DNA of 64,000 nt from Thermoanaerobaculia bacterium (GTDB lineage: Bacteria; Acidobacteriota; Thermoanaerobaculia; Multivoradales; Multivoraceae), in the NCBI GenBank assembly GCA_963664405.1, contig OY761158.1:768001-832000 (forward strand), given 5' to 3'. A program made the position numbers and the translations under genes. The notes beneath the pieces were generated by a model, which worked only from the letters and a program-made list of their open reading frames with translations, was not told where the DNA came from and did not search any database. Positions 52,147 to 61,998 of this stretch are shown in pieces (position 1 is the stretch's first letter; the number at the start of each line of letters is the position of its first letter).

Positions 52147-53454
52147 ATGCTTCGACCCCTGGCCCTCCTTCTCCTCTTTTCATCGACTCTCCAAGCGGAA
52201 GAGGCCGCTAGGCCTCGTGCGCTTTTCATTGCCATCGACGCGGTGCCTCACCACATCATGGCGGAGCTGGAACAAGAAGAGACGAACCAATTCTATCGCG
52301 CCCTCGAGGGGCCAACGCCCCTGATCAGCACCTTTCCGTCGACCACCAGCCTGGCGCTCGCGGCCATCCTCGAACCCCTGGGGATCGTGCAATCACCCGG
52401 CTACGAAGCCAAGCACTACAACTGGGAGCGCAACCGAGTAACCGGCGGTGGGCTCTTCTCCTATGAGCCTTTCCCCTGGCGCGAGTCCTTCGACTGGAAG
52501 ATCCACGGTCTTCTGCGCAAGGGACTCAGCGCTCTTCGCCCGATCAAGGCCGCGCGCAAAGACATCCGCCAGTCCCTGCAAGCGTTTCTCGAGTCCGACG
52601 CCCCTACCTTCTTTATCTATTTCGACACCACCGATTCCGCGGGACACCTCAAGAGCCCGGAGGGATTGAAGCCGATTCTGCGGGAGCTCGATCATCGCCT
52701 CTCGGAAATGCGCGAGGACAACCCCGACACCCCCTTCTTCACCGTTCTCTTCTCCGACCACGGTCTCGATGGCGGTGCGCCGCTCACCAATGTGCGCAAA
52801 GGTGTGAAACGCTCGCTGCAGACTCGTGGCTTCCACGTTGGCTCAAAACTCCGCCGAGACACCGATGTCGTCTTCGTACCCTTCGGATTGGTCTCGAGCT
52901 TTGTCGCGTATGTCTCTCCCGGCATTGAGATCGAGGTGGCCAAAGTCATCACCAGCACCGAGGGGGTAGAGCTCTGCGCCCATCCCGAGGCTGAGGGCTG
53001 GCGAGTCGAGGCTTCTCGCGGCAGTGCCGCGATCGAAAGATCGACTGAAGCCCCCTTCCGCTGGCGCTACAGCTGGAGTGGGGAAGATCCCCTCGATCTC
53101 GGAGAAGAGCTCCACAACTCCTTCGCGAACCGGCGCTGGGTCGAAGATGCCGAGGTCTTTCGGGCGACCCACGATCGAAGGTTGCCAGACCCTCTTCATC
53201 GCATCGTAAGGAGCTTCGACCTGGTGGAGAACCCGGCATCCCTGGTCTGCTCTGTCGCACCGGGATTCATGTACGGAAGTAAGTTGACGGTCATAGGCTC
53301 ACGCATGTCCGTCGGCCGGCTCGAATGGACTCACGGCGCACTCGACCGCAGCGCGAGCCTCGGCTTCTTGATGACCGACGTGCCTGGGTGGCAGCCTGAG
53401 GCGGCTCTTCGCTTCGACGAGGCCTTGAAGCCCTTCGCCGATCTCGCGGAGTAG
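52147..53454 (+). CDS. Exported alkaline-phosphatase-superfamily (nucleotide pyrophosphatase-like) protein
   Basis: Signal peptide; IAIDAV, ISTFPSTT, DSAGH, FSDHG and WTHG metal ligands. Confidence 0.78.
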   Translation: MLRPLALLLLFSSTLQAEEAARPRALFIAIDAVPHHIMAELEQEETNQFYRALEGPTPLISTFPSTTSLALAAILEPLGIVQSPGYEAKHYNWERNRVTGGGLFSYEPFPWRESFDWKIHGLLRKGLSALRPIKAARKDIRQSLQAFLESDAPTFFIYFDTTDSAGHLKSPEGLKPILRELDHRLSEMREDNPDTPFFTVLFSDHGLDGGAPLTNVRKGVKRSLQTRGFHVGSKLRRDTDVVFVPFGLVSSFVAYVSPGIEIEVAKVITSTEGVELCAHPEAEGWRVEASRGSAAIERSTEAPFRWRYSWSGEDPLDLGEELHNSFANRRWVEDAEVFRATHDRRLPDPLHRIVRSFDLVENPASLVCSVAPGFMYGSKLTVIGSRMSVGRLEWTHGALDRSASLGFLMTDVPGWQPEAALRFDEALKPFADLAE

Positions 53455-53462
53455 CCACCATC

Positions 53463-54872
53463 GTGAGCTCGTTGTCGCAGCCAAATGTAGACGCCGTCGA
53501 AAAACTGAGCCGCCGTCTCGACCTCGTCGCGGCCCTCGAGCCCTGGAACGACCTCCGCTTCTCAGGCTCCCTCGGAGCGGTGCCTACTCTGGTATTGGAC
53601 GATTTCTCTGCGATCCCCTTTCTGGATGTTCCGGGAGCAGAGGAATATCAGCACCGTGCTCGCGTTCGCGCTGAGAAGGGGCATCTCTACGCGGCGGTCA
53701 GTGCGCCTTGTCCAGGGTACGAAGACTATTGTCGCGACTATCTATCGTTCGGCGAAGTCGAGTTGGTCCGTGCAAGCGCGGACATTGGCCGAATGGCGGT
53801 CGCGAGATCTTGTCTGCTCGAGCCCACCTTCAGCCACCTCATAGACCGCGCCAGGAGCGGCGCGGGTCTCACTCTCCATCCATATATGGGTTTCGAAAGT
53901 GTCTGGGACCTCGCCGAGGCTGTGCGCCGGGAATCCGGAGTCCCGGTCGAGGTACTGTCTCCGCCTCCGCCGGTTACCTGGATCGCCAACGACAAGGGCC
54001 TCTTCAGCGATCTGGTCGCCGCCATGCTCGGTAGCGATTGGATCGTCGATACTCGGCCCTCCGCCGATCCTGATGAGCTCGCAGGGCACCTTCTGAGTCT
54101 GGGAAAAAGGCACTCCGAAGTGGCCCTGAAGAGACTTCGGTGCGCCTCCGGAACGGGCAATAAGGTCTTCGCATCCGAGCGCCTTCGTTCGCTCACGCCG
54201 GCCGAGGTGGCCTGCGAAGTTCGCGACTTCTTGACTCATACGGAGTGGGACGGCGCCGAAAGCGTTCTGGCGGTCGCTTGGGAGCGCAGCCCTCTCTCAC
54301 CCTCCACCCAGATGTGGATTCCGCCCTTCGGCCAGGGCCCGCCGGTCCTGGAAGGGATCTACGAACAGATCTTGCGCGGCGAAGAAGGCACCTTCGTTGG
54401 CAGTCGGCCGTCGACTCTGCCGGCTCGGGTTGATGCCGCCCTGGCCGAGGGGGCCAGGATCGTCGCCTCAGGACTGCAGAGGCTCGGCTACGTCGGACGC
54501 TGCTCCTTCGACCATCTCGTTCTCGGCGACCCGGACGGTGAGTTCGCGATTCGATTCACCGAGTGCAACGGACGCTGGGGCGGGACCAGCATCCCGATGC
54601 GGCTCGTGGATCGCCTCATCTCGGGCCCGCGACCTCCCTACCGAGCTCAGGACGTGATGAGTCAGGCACTGACGGGCGTGCCCTTCGCGGAGATCGTGCG
54701 CGAAATCAACCAACATCTCTTCAACAAGTCAACGGGGCGCGGTGACTTCGTCCTCTACAACCCCGGTCCGCTGGCCCTCGTCGGCAAGATCGACGTCATC
54801 GGCTTCGGGGCGACTCAGCAGGAGGCGGAGGAGGCTGTAGAGGAGCGACTACCCCGGATCCTCGGCATCTGA
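53463..54872 (+). CDS. preATP-grasp/ATP-grasp protein (PGM1-like peptide ligase family)
   Basis: TLHPYMG, WIANDKG, SGTGN, SPSTQ, YEQIL, GYVGRCSFD, ECNGRWGG. Confidence 0.72.
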   Translation: MSSLSQPNVDAVEKLSRRLDLVAALEPWNDLRFSGSLGAVPTLVLDDFSAIPFLDVPGAEEYQHRARVRAEKGHLYAAVSAPCPGYEDYCRDYLSFGEVELVRASADIGRMAVARSCLLEPTFSHLIDRARSGAGLTLHPYMGFESVWDLAEAVRRESGVPVEVLSPPPPVTWIANDKGLFSDLVAAMLGSDWIVDTRPSADPDELAGHLLSLGKRHSEVALKRLRCASGTGNKVFASERLRSLTPAEVACEVRDFLTHTEWDGAESVLAVAWERSPLSPSTQMWIPPFGQGPPVLEGIYEQILRGEEGTFVGSRPSTLPARVDAALAEGARIVASGLQRLGYVGRCSFDHLVLGDPDGEFAIRFTECNGRWGGTSIPMRLVDRLISGPRPPYRAQDVMSQALTGVPFAEIVREINQHLFNKSTGRGDFVLYNPGPLALVGKIDVIGFGATQQEAEEAVEERLPRILGI

Positions 54873-55038
54873 ACGTCCTAGGAGCGTGTCCGAATTCGGA
54901 CAGGCGAGTAGTTCTTAGGGGGGGATGGGCCGGAGAACGGGCCGGAGGCCCGTTTTCCGGGGCGAGGCTTCCCACAATCGGGTAGCATCGGCGCTCGCGC
55001 CATCGAGCGCAGTCACCGCTGATCAACGGAGGTCCACC

Positions 55039-55866
55039 ATGTACGAAGAACTGATCTACGAGGTCGAAGACCCTGTCGCCACGATCACCCTCAACAGACC
55101 CGAACGGCTGAATGCCCTCACCGGACGGCTTCTGAGCGAGATCAAACACGCCATCGCGACCGCAGAAGCCGATGAGCGTGTGGTTGGAATCATTCTCACC
55201 GGTGCCGGGCGTGGTTTCTGCGCCGGAGCCGATATGGCCGGCCTCCAAGCCTCGGCCAGCGGCGAGGGCCGCCAGGAGCAGACCCTGCTCGAGTCGAGCC
55301 CAGGCGATCCTTCTCTCGGGCCCGACTTCCAGGTCACCTACAGCTATCTCCTCGGAGTGAGGAAACCTCTGATCGCGGCGATCAATGGCGCCTGCGCCGG
55401 GCTCGGATTCGCCATCGCCAGTCTCTGCGATCTGCGCTTCGCGTCCACCAAAGCAGTTTTCACCAGCGCTTTTGTCAACCGCGGCCTCATCGCCGAGCAC
55501 GGTCTGAGCTGGATCCTGCCCCGCCTCGTCGGGCCCGGCCGGGCTCTCGACATCCTCTGGAGCGGACGGAAATTCGACGCGGCCGAGGCTAATCAACTCG
55601 GGCTCCTCAATCGCCTGGTCGAGCCCGAAGATCTTCTCTCCGAGGCTCGCGCCTACATCACCAATCTCGCCGAGAGGTGTTCTCCGACGTCGATCATGAT
55701 CATCAAACAGCAGGTTTACAAGCACTTGATGGCACCCATGGGCGAAGCCATGACGGAAACCAACACACTCATGGCCGAGAGCCTTCAGCGCGAAGACTTC
55801 AAAGAAGGAGTTGCCTCCTTCGTGGAGCGAAGACCTCCTCAATTCAAACGCATCTCCGTCGAGTAG
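55039..55866 (+). CDS. Enoyl-CoA hydratase/isomerase family protein
   Basis: ITLNRPERLNAL, GAGRGFCAGAD, KPLIAAINGACAG, DFKEGVASF. Confidence 0.93.
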   Translation: MYEELIYEVEDPVATITLNRPERLNALTGRLLSEIKHAIATAEADERVVGIILTGAGRGFCAGADMAGLQASASGEGRQEQTLLESSPGDPSLGPDFQVTYSYLLGVRKPLIAAINGACAGLGFAIASLCDLRFASTKAVFTSAFVNRGLIAEHGLSWILPRLVGPGRALDILWSGRKFDAAEANQLGLLNRLVEPEDLLSEARAYITNLAERCSPTSIMIIKQQVYKHLMAPMGEAMTETNTLMAESLQREDFKEGVASFVERRPPQFKRISVE

Positions 55867-55963
55867 TTCGGAGTCGTCGACCGAGGGAACTATTCTCAGG
55901 TCGGTGCGTTCTAGGAGGTGTGGAAGACGTTCGAAGTCTGCACCTAACCAAGGAGTCCCAAAA

Positions 55964-56722
55964 ATGAAAGCACCGATCAAAGCCTCTTCACTTCTCCTTC
56001 CCTCCCTGCTCCTTCTTCTCGTCCCGGCTGCGCTGGCGGCGCAAGAGTCGCGGCACAGCGTAAGAACCAAGGTCATCGTCCTCGGCGATGACTCAGGCGA
56101 GCAGAACTGGAGCGCGCGCCACGACCCGGACCTCCAATGCTTCGAAGAGGGCACCCAGAAAGTCTGTGTCGCGCACGCCACTCGGCACGGTGAAGCGGTC
56201 ATGCGCGGATTCCTCGGTGTTCACCTGACCGCGATGACGCCGGAGCTTCGGGCCCATATGGGAGCGCCCGACGATGCCGGCGTACTGATCTCGAAGGTCG
56301 AGGAGGACAGCCCCGCCGCGCTGGCGGGTCTCGAAGTAGGAGACGTAGTCACCGCCGTCGATCAAGAGAGCGTCGGCTCGACGCGAGAGCTACAACACGC
56401 GATCGCCTCCCGGGCGGACGGCGATCTCGCCACCCTGGAGATCTATCGCGACGGCCGCCTGGAGCAGATTACTGCAACGCTTGGCGTTCGCGAGGGGCAC
56501 TCGATGCATGGCAGTATGCGCCTCCACGGGCTCGGCGGTGACCTGGAGAAAGTTCTCGAGCACGTCCACGAATCGATGAGCGAGCTCGACTTCGACTTCG
56601 ACTTCGACTTCGGCGAGCCCGGGGCGAAGATCCACGAGAGTCTGAGTGCGATCGATTGGGAAGCCATCAAGGAGCGAGTCCACGCCGCCCTTTCCGGCCT
56701 CTCCCAGGACGATTCGGAGTAG
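55964..56722 (+). CDS. Exported PDZ-domain protein
   Basis: Signal peptide; RGFLGV, GVLISKVEEDSPAALAGLEVGDVVTAVD. Confidence 0.85.
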   Translation: MKAPIKASSLLLPSLLLLLVPAALAAQESRHSVRTKVIVLGDDSGEQNWSARHDPDLQCFEEGTQKVCVAHATRHGEAVMRGFLGVHLTAMTPELRAHMGAPDDAGVLISKVEEDSPAALAGLEVGDVVTAVDQESVGSTRELQHAIASRADGDLATLEIYRDGRLEQITATLGVREGHSMHGSMRLHGLGGDLEKVLEHVHESMSELDFDFDFDFGEPGAKIHESLSAIDWEAIKERVHAALSGLSQDDSE

Positions 56723-56783
56723 GCACGCCCGCTGAGCGCAGTCTCCCTTCGATGCGCTATCATCGGCACGAAGGGGGCTGCCG

Positions 56784-57341
56784 ATGGTGCGACGACAATC
56801 TTGCTGGCTGAGCGCCGCAATCCTTAGCGCTTTCGTTCTGAGCGGTGTTCCCGCGGCGGGTGCAGAAGGGATCCGTCCCGAGCTCGGTAGCGTCGCCCCG
56901 GACTTCACACTCGAGACCGCTTCGGGCACCAGCTACTCCCTGTCGCAGCTCAGCGGAGAAAAGAACGCACTGATTGTCTTCTTTCGCGGCACCTGGTGAC
57001 CTTTCTGCGGTAAGCAGCTCGGCGAGCTGCAAGAGAGCCTGAGCGCGATCCAAGAGCGAGACACCGAGCTCTGGGTGATCAGCCCAGACCCGGCAGACAA
57101 GCTCGTGTCTTTCCAGAAGCAGAAGGGACTCGAGTTTCCCATGCTCAGAGACCCCGACCTGGCGGTGACCAAGGCCTACGGCATCCTCAACGAACAGAAC
57201 GGAAAGATTCCTCACCCGACGGCAATCGTGGTGGACAAGCAGGGCAGGGTGAGCTACTTCCGAGTCGACGAGGACTACAAGGTGAGACCGCCGACAGTCG
57301 GCGAGATCCTCCCCGCCCTCGACGCCGCAAACGCTCCTTGA
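56784..57341 (+). CDS. Peroxiredoxin-like (AhpC/TSA, redoxin) selenoprotein with a UxxC motif
   Basis: One reading frame across TGA at 56997-56999: APDFTL..IVFFRGTW-U-PFCGKQL..ISPD..FPMLRDPD..PTAIVVDKQG. Confidence 0.82.
57014..57030 (+). promoter_or_regulatory. Putative bacterial SECIS hairpin
   Basis: GCAGCTC-GGC-GAGCTGC perfect stem; the G-led loop starts 21 nt after the UGA. Confidence 0.65.
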
Positions 57342-57416
57342 GCGCGACCGCCAGCTGAGTCCGAGTCGGTCTCGCGTGCGGCTAGTAGGCTTTCTTCAAT
57401 CGCTACGGCGAGCTCT

Positions 57417-58310
57417 ATGACCCTCACTCTCGACTCCACAGCGGGAGTGAAGCTGGCCCTCCACGACCTCGGTGGCAGCGGACCGGCCTTGTTGCTCGCT
57501 CACGCCACCGGCTTCAACGGCCGCGTGTACGAAGGCTTGGCGCACTATCTTCAGGATCTGCGGGTCTGGGCGCCCGACCTGCGCGGGCACGGCGACTCCA
57601 CGGCTCCCGAGGACGGCATCTTCGCCTGGGAGGGACTGGCTGACGACCTCGGGAGGGTCGTGGACGAGCTCGAAGACGAGCTTCCGATCCTGGCATTCGG
57701 CCACTCCATGGGTGCTGCCGTCAGTCTCCTCACGGAAGCTCGAAGGCCTGGTACCTTCCGAGCGATCTACGCCTACGAGCCCATCGTTGCGCCACCGGAA
57801 ATACTTCGTGCGTCCCGGCGCAGCGGCGGCATTCTCGAGAGCACTCGACGACGCAAGAGGGAGTTCGAGTCCGCTGCGGACGCTCTACGCAATTTCACGG
57901 GCAAACCGCCCTTCGACGGTTTCGCAGAGAGCTCCCTGCACAAGTACGTCGAGCACTGTTTCAACCAGCTGGAAAACGGTCGCCTGAGGATCAAGATGGA
58001 CCCGGATAACGAAGTCAAGATGTACGAGATGAGCTCCAAACACCCTACCTGGGATCGACTCCCAGAGGTCCGATGCCCGGTCATGATCGCAAGCGGCCGA
58101 ACCCTTCCAGAGACACCCTCCGAGTGGATCGAGCGGATCGCGCGACACCTGCCCAACGCCCGCACCGCGGTCTACGAAGATCTCGGCCACATGGGACCGT
58201 TCGAGTCGCCCCAACGCATCGCGGTGGAAGTCGTGGCCTTCTTCGGAAGTATCGAGGCCGAAGGCGAGCACAAAGCGCCACTGCACCCTGACCCGCCGCT
58301 ACGAGGCTAG
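57417..58310 (+). CDS. Alpha/beta hydrolase
   Basis: AHATGF, DLRGHGDS, GHSMG, GHMGP. Confidence 0.92.
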   Translation: MTLTLDSTAGVKLALHDLGGSGPALLLAHATGFNGRVYEGLAHYLQDLRVWAPDLRGHGDSTAPEDGIFAWEGLADDLGRVVDELEDELPILAFGHSMGAAVSLLTEARRPGTFRAIYAYEPIVAPPEILRASRRSGGILESTRRRKREFESAADALRNFTGKPPFDGFAESSLHKYVEHCFNQLENGRLRIKMDPDNEVKMYEMSSKHPTWDRLPEVRCPVMIASGRTLPETPSEWIERIARHLPNARTAVYEDLGHMGPFESPQRIAVEVVAFFGSIEAEGEHKAPLHPDPPLRG

Positions 58311-59285
58311 CCCTTCGGCGAACAAAACAACCTCTCTGGCAAGGGTCTCGCGATCCTTCAGGGTCACCATCACCGTATTGGTGATCCGTGTCGCCACCCC
58401 CATCTCTTCGATCTCTCTGGCCATCGCGGCATCGGCACGATCCAGAACGAAGCCATCGACAAGCCCACGATCTCGATAGTGACGAGCGACCGCTGCCGCC
58501 GTCGCCGGCACATTCAGCTCCTCCATCATCTTGGCCGCCGGTCCCTTGAGCGCCGCTCCACCTACGATCGGGCTTACCGCGATGACTGGCGCCCTGGAAG
58601 CCCTCAGCTTCGACGCCACGCCGTCGACAGCGAGAATGGGATCGACACTCACGAACGGATTGGACGGACAGATCACCACGGCCGCGAGAGCCTCGTCCTC
58701 AATCGCCGCCGTCAGCCCTGGGGATGGGGCCGCATCTTCGATACCAGCGAAGCGGAAGCCCCGCACCGACGGTCGACAACGCTCACGAACGAAGTAGTGT
58801 TGGAAGGAGAGCTCCTCGTTGCCGCTAAGGACCATCGTCCGCACCGGGTCGTCGCTCATCGGAAAGATGCGAGAACGCACGCCGAGCTTGCGACAGAACG
58901 CCTCGGTAACAGCGCTGAGGCTCTCGCCCTGACGCAGACGCCGGGTCCTCTCTACGTGCAGGGCGAGATCGCGATCGCCGAGTCGAAACCAGGTCTCGCC
59001 ACCCAGCGCCTCGAGAGCCTCGAGAAAGCTCCAGCTCTCCCCCGCCCGCCCCCAGCCCGTATCGGTATTGGCAAGACCGGCAAGGGTGTACATGACCGTG
59101 TCGAGGTCGGGAGCTATATGTAGACCCAGATGCTCGAAGTCGTCGCCCGTATTGGCCACCACTGCCAGCTGCTCCGGCGCCAAGGTTCTTGCCAGCCCCA
59201 GGGCAAGCTTTGCGCCGCCGACACCTCCCGACAGCGCCAGGTACGGCTTCGCCTCGTTGATCGCGGCCGAGCTTGCGCCCGTCAT
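58299..59285 (-). CDS. cofD: 2-phospho-L-lactate transferase (F420 biosynthesis)
   Basis: LSGGVGGAKL, NTGDD, PDLDTVMYTLAG, WFRLGDRD, FQHYFV, PSNPFVS, VSPIVGG..KGPA. Confidence 0.95.
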   Translation of the reverse strand: MTGASSAAINEAKPYLALSGGVGGAKLALGLARTLAPEQLAVVANTGDDFEHLGLHIAPDLDTVMYTLAGLANTDTGWGRAGESWSFLEALEALGGETWFRLGDRDLALHVERTRRLRQGESLSAVTEAFCRKLGVRSRIFPMSDDPVRTMVLSGNEELSFQHYFVRERCRPSVRGFRFAGIEDAAPSPGLTAAIEDEALAAVVICPSNPFVSVDPILAVDGVASKLRASRAPVIAVSPIVGGAALKGPAAKMMEELNVPATAAAVARHYRDRGLVDGFVLDRADAAMAREIEEMGVATRITNTVMVTLKDRETLAREVVLFAEGLAS

Positions 59286-60058
59286 CGGAAGAGATCCAGG
59301 CTCTTCGGCCTGATCAGCGCCGCCGCACTGCCATCAGGGTCGTTGCGATGCAGGCCTCGAACCAGCACCACCGGTCTACCCTCACCGGCCTGGCCTTGCA
59401 GAAGTGAGGCCGCGGCCGCGATCTCGTCGCCGAGACCGACCTCGGTCACACGCAGCTCACGGCCGAAGAGATCGTCACAGCCGCGAAGGTCGCTCAGTCC
59501 TTCCACTCCGGCGACCCCCAGTGCCACTCCCACCGTCCCCAGTCGCCAAGCGCGTCCCAAGCTATCGCTGATGAGAATCCCCACCTCGACTCCGACTCGC
59601 TGCTGGAGCGTGCGCCGTAGACGAGAGGCGCTGCCGTCGGGATCCTCCGGCAACAGCAACACTCTCTGCTTTTCACCGTGCTCGATATTCGACTGATCGA
59701 TTCCCGCGTTGGCGAGCACCAAGCCCAACTTATGCTCCACCACCAGCACTCCGGTGCGGTAGCGCACGACCTCTCTGGCCTCCGAGAGAATCACCTCCAC
59801 CAGGCGCGGGTCCTTATCGACCTCGCGGGCCAGCGTCGCAGCATGCTGTGAGGGTGTTACATCGTCCAGGTCGATATAGCGATCCTCGGACTTCGACACC
59901 ACCTTTTGCGCTACCACCAGAATGTCGTCATCCACCAGCCGCTCGCCGGCACGCTCGACCCCTTCGAGAATGAGCGCTGCCAGGTCATCGCCCGGCTCGA
60001 CCATTGGAAAACCGGGAAGGGCTACCAGTTTCAGGCTTCGAGCCTCGGCGCTCGACAT
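59282..60058 (-). CDS. cofE: Coenzyme F420-0:L-glutamate ligase
   Basis: PGDDL, QKVVSKSE, ANAGIDQSN, LLPEDPDGSA, SDSLGRAWRLG, DEIAAAA. Confidence 0.95.
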   Translation of the reverse strand: MSSAEARSLKLVALPGFPMVEPGDDLAALILEGVERAGERLVDDDILVVAQKVVSKSEDRYIDLDDVTPSQHAATLAREVDKDPRLVEVILSEAREVVRYRTGVLVVEHKLGLVLANAGIDQSNIEHGEKQRVLLLPEDPDGSASRLRRTLQQRVGVEVGILISDSLGRAWRLGTVGVALGVAGVEGLSDLRGCDDLFGRELRVTEVGLGDEIAAAASLLQGQAGEGRPVVLVRGLHRNDPDGSAAALIRPKSLDLFR

Positions 60059-60073
60059 CTCGCCTACCTGCCC

Positions 60074-60754
60074 TCAGCTCGCGGGAGCCGCCTTCGGCTC
60101 GCCGGTGATTCGCAAGCCAGCTCCATCGATCTTGTAGCAGCGATTGATGCCGATGAGAACTGAGGTCAAAGCTTCAGCGACCACTGAGTTGCAGAGGGGA
60201 CCGGCATGCCAGCCGCGAAGGCCCACCGCCTCGACGAGGCGCAAGACTTCTTCTCTCGCTTCGACCGAGTCTCCGAAAACCAGAACATCGCAATCGATCT
60301 CGTGGTTCTCGCGAAGGTGCGCCGCCCCGACGTTTTGGAAAGCCGAGACAACCCGAACACCCTCACCGACGATAGATTGCGCCAGTAGACCCGCCGAGCC
60401 CCCTTCGGGAAGCTGCACTCGTGCCACTTTGGGCGGCATCAGCGGTACCGTCGCGTCGACCAGGATCTTCCCCTGCAGAGCCGGCGCGATCGCTTCCAAG
60501 TTGGGCCGTTGACTCGAGAACGGGACCGTCAGGACCACGATGTCCGCCGCCTCCGCGGCTGCTGGGTTCGGCATTCCCACAACTGCGACCCCCGGTTGCT
60601 CAGCAACAATCGTCGCGACAGCCGCATCGGCCTTCTCCTGTGTCCGCGAGCCGATGATCACGGTGAAGCCGGCTTGCGACCAGCGACGGGCCAGGCCGCC
60701 ACCGAGATCACCCGTTCCGCCGATCACCGCCAGCTTCGGAAGCTCGTTCTCCAT
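60074..60754 (-). CDS. npdG: NADPH-dependent F420 reductase
   Basis: IGGTGDLGGGLA, IIGSR, DATVPL, VSAFQNV, EALTSVLIGIN. Confidence 0.92.
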   Translation of the reverse strand: MENELPKLAVIGGTGDLGGGLARRWSQAGFTVIIGSRTQEKADAAVATIVAEQPGVAVVGMPNPAAAEAADIVVLTVPFSSQRPNLEAIAPALQGKILVDATVPLMPPKVARVQLPEGGSAGLLAQSIVGEGVRVVSAFQNVGAAHLRENHEIDCDVLVFGDSVEAREEVLRLVEAVGLRGWHAGPLCNSVVAEALTSVLIGINRCYKIDGAGLRITGEPKAAPAS

Positions 60755-60903
60755 CTCGTGCAATCTCCATCCGGCCGACGCTGCTCGAGTGCCCGGGCCG
60801 GAGAACACGAAGACTACATCGCTCTGTGCAGCCAAGGCCACCCCTCCGGACCTGAGACTTTCGACTACAATCCCTGGACACTGAAATCGCAGGAGACATC
60901 TTT

Positions 60904-61941
60904 ATGAGAATCACTTCCCCGCTACCTCTCGACGATTGGCGTGCGGTGGCGCCAGCGGCAAGGGCGGCTGAAGAAGCCGGTTTCGACGCGGTAGGGAGCG
61001 CCGAGGTCGCCCATGACCCCTTTGCGCCGCTGATTGCCGCATCGCTGGCCACTGACAGGGTCGATCTCACCACCGGAATCGTGGTCGCGTTTCCGCGCAG
61101 CCCGATGGTCGTCGCCAACACCGCTTGGGATCTCCAAGCTCAGTCGGGTGGCCGCTTCAGCCTCGGACTCGGCTCTCAGGTCAAAGGGCACAACACGCGA
61201 CGCTTCAGCGTGCCTTGGGGACCCCCTGTGCCACGCCTAAGGGAGTACATAGAGTCGCTGAGGGCGATCTGGCGCGCCTGGGAGACGAAAGAGCCGCTGG
61301 ACTATGTTGGCGAGCACTACCAATTCACCTTGATGACCCCCGAGTTCTCGCCCGAGCCCTCAGGCCAACCTGCCGTACCGATCTCGATCGCCGCAGTCGG
61401 ACCGGCGATGATGAAAATGGCCGGCCGCGTGTGCGACGGCGTAAAGCTTCATGGCTTCGCCACCCGCAAGTACCTCGAGGAAATCGCGCTGCCCCAGGTC
61501 ATGGCGGGCCTGGAAGACGCGGGCAGAAGTCGGGAGAGCTTCGAAATCTCCGGCGGCGGGTTCATCGCTACCGGGCCCGATGAAGAGAGCGTGGCGAAGC
61601 AGATCGAAGCCATCCGCTACCGTGTCGCCTTCTACGGCTCCACCCGCAGCTACCATGGAGTCTTCGCGGTCCATGGCTGGGAGGACCTCGGCCTCGAGCT
61701 CCATCGCATGTCGAAGGCAGGCGAGTGGAGCAAGATGGCTTCACGAGTGCCCGATGAGGTGGTGCGAGAGTTTGCTGCTTGCGCCACCTGGACCAACCTC
61801 AAAGGCGCCCTCGAAGAGCGTTTCGAAGGCCTGACCGATACCACTGGCCTTGGCTTCCCGGCAGGCACCGACCCGGACCTAGCCAAGGAGATCGTCAAAG
61901 GCATCAAGAGCATCGACTGCCCCTATCGAGGTCGTAGCTGA
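60904..61941 (+). CDS. LLM-class F420-dependent oxidoreductase
   Basis: EVAHDPF, VAFPRSPMV, GRFSLGLGSQVKGH, GEHYQFTLMTP.F, AAVGPAM. Confidence 0.9.
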   Translation: MRITSPLPLDDWRAVAPAARAAEEAGFDAVGSAEVAHDPFAPLIAASLATDRVDLTTGIVVAFPRSPMVVANTAWDLQAQSGGRFSLGLGSQVKGHNTRRFSVPWGPPVPRLREYIESLRAIWRAWETKEPLDYVGEHYQFTLMTPEFSPEPSGQPAVPISIAAVGPAMMKMAGRVCDGVKLHGFATRKYLEEIALPQVMAGLEDAGRSRESFEISGGGFIATGPDEESVAKQIEAIRYRVAFYGSTRSYHGVFAVHGWEDLGLELHRMSKAGEWSKMASRVPDEVVREFAACATWTNLKGALEERFEGLTDTTGLGFPAGTDPDLAKEIVKGIKSIDCPYRGRS

Positions 61942-61998
61942 GCTACGGCTTCGCTCATACTATCCAAGACTTCTGAATCTGATCAGACAGGAGAAGAC

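Noticed and set aside
54879-54912. Palindrome TGTCCGAATTCGGACA downstream of the ATP-grasp gene
   Set aside because: Single short hairpin; cannot tell a terminator, an operator and a MITE scar apart.
56588-56611. (GACTTC)4 microsatellite encoding DFDFDFDF
   Set aside because: In-frame low-complexity linker; unit changes would not cause phase variation.
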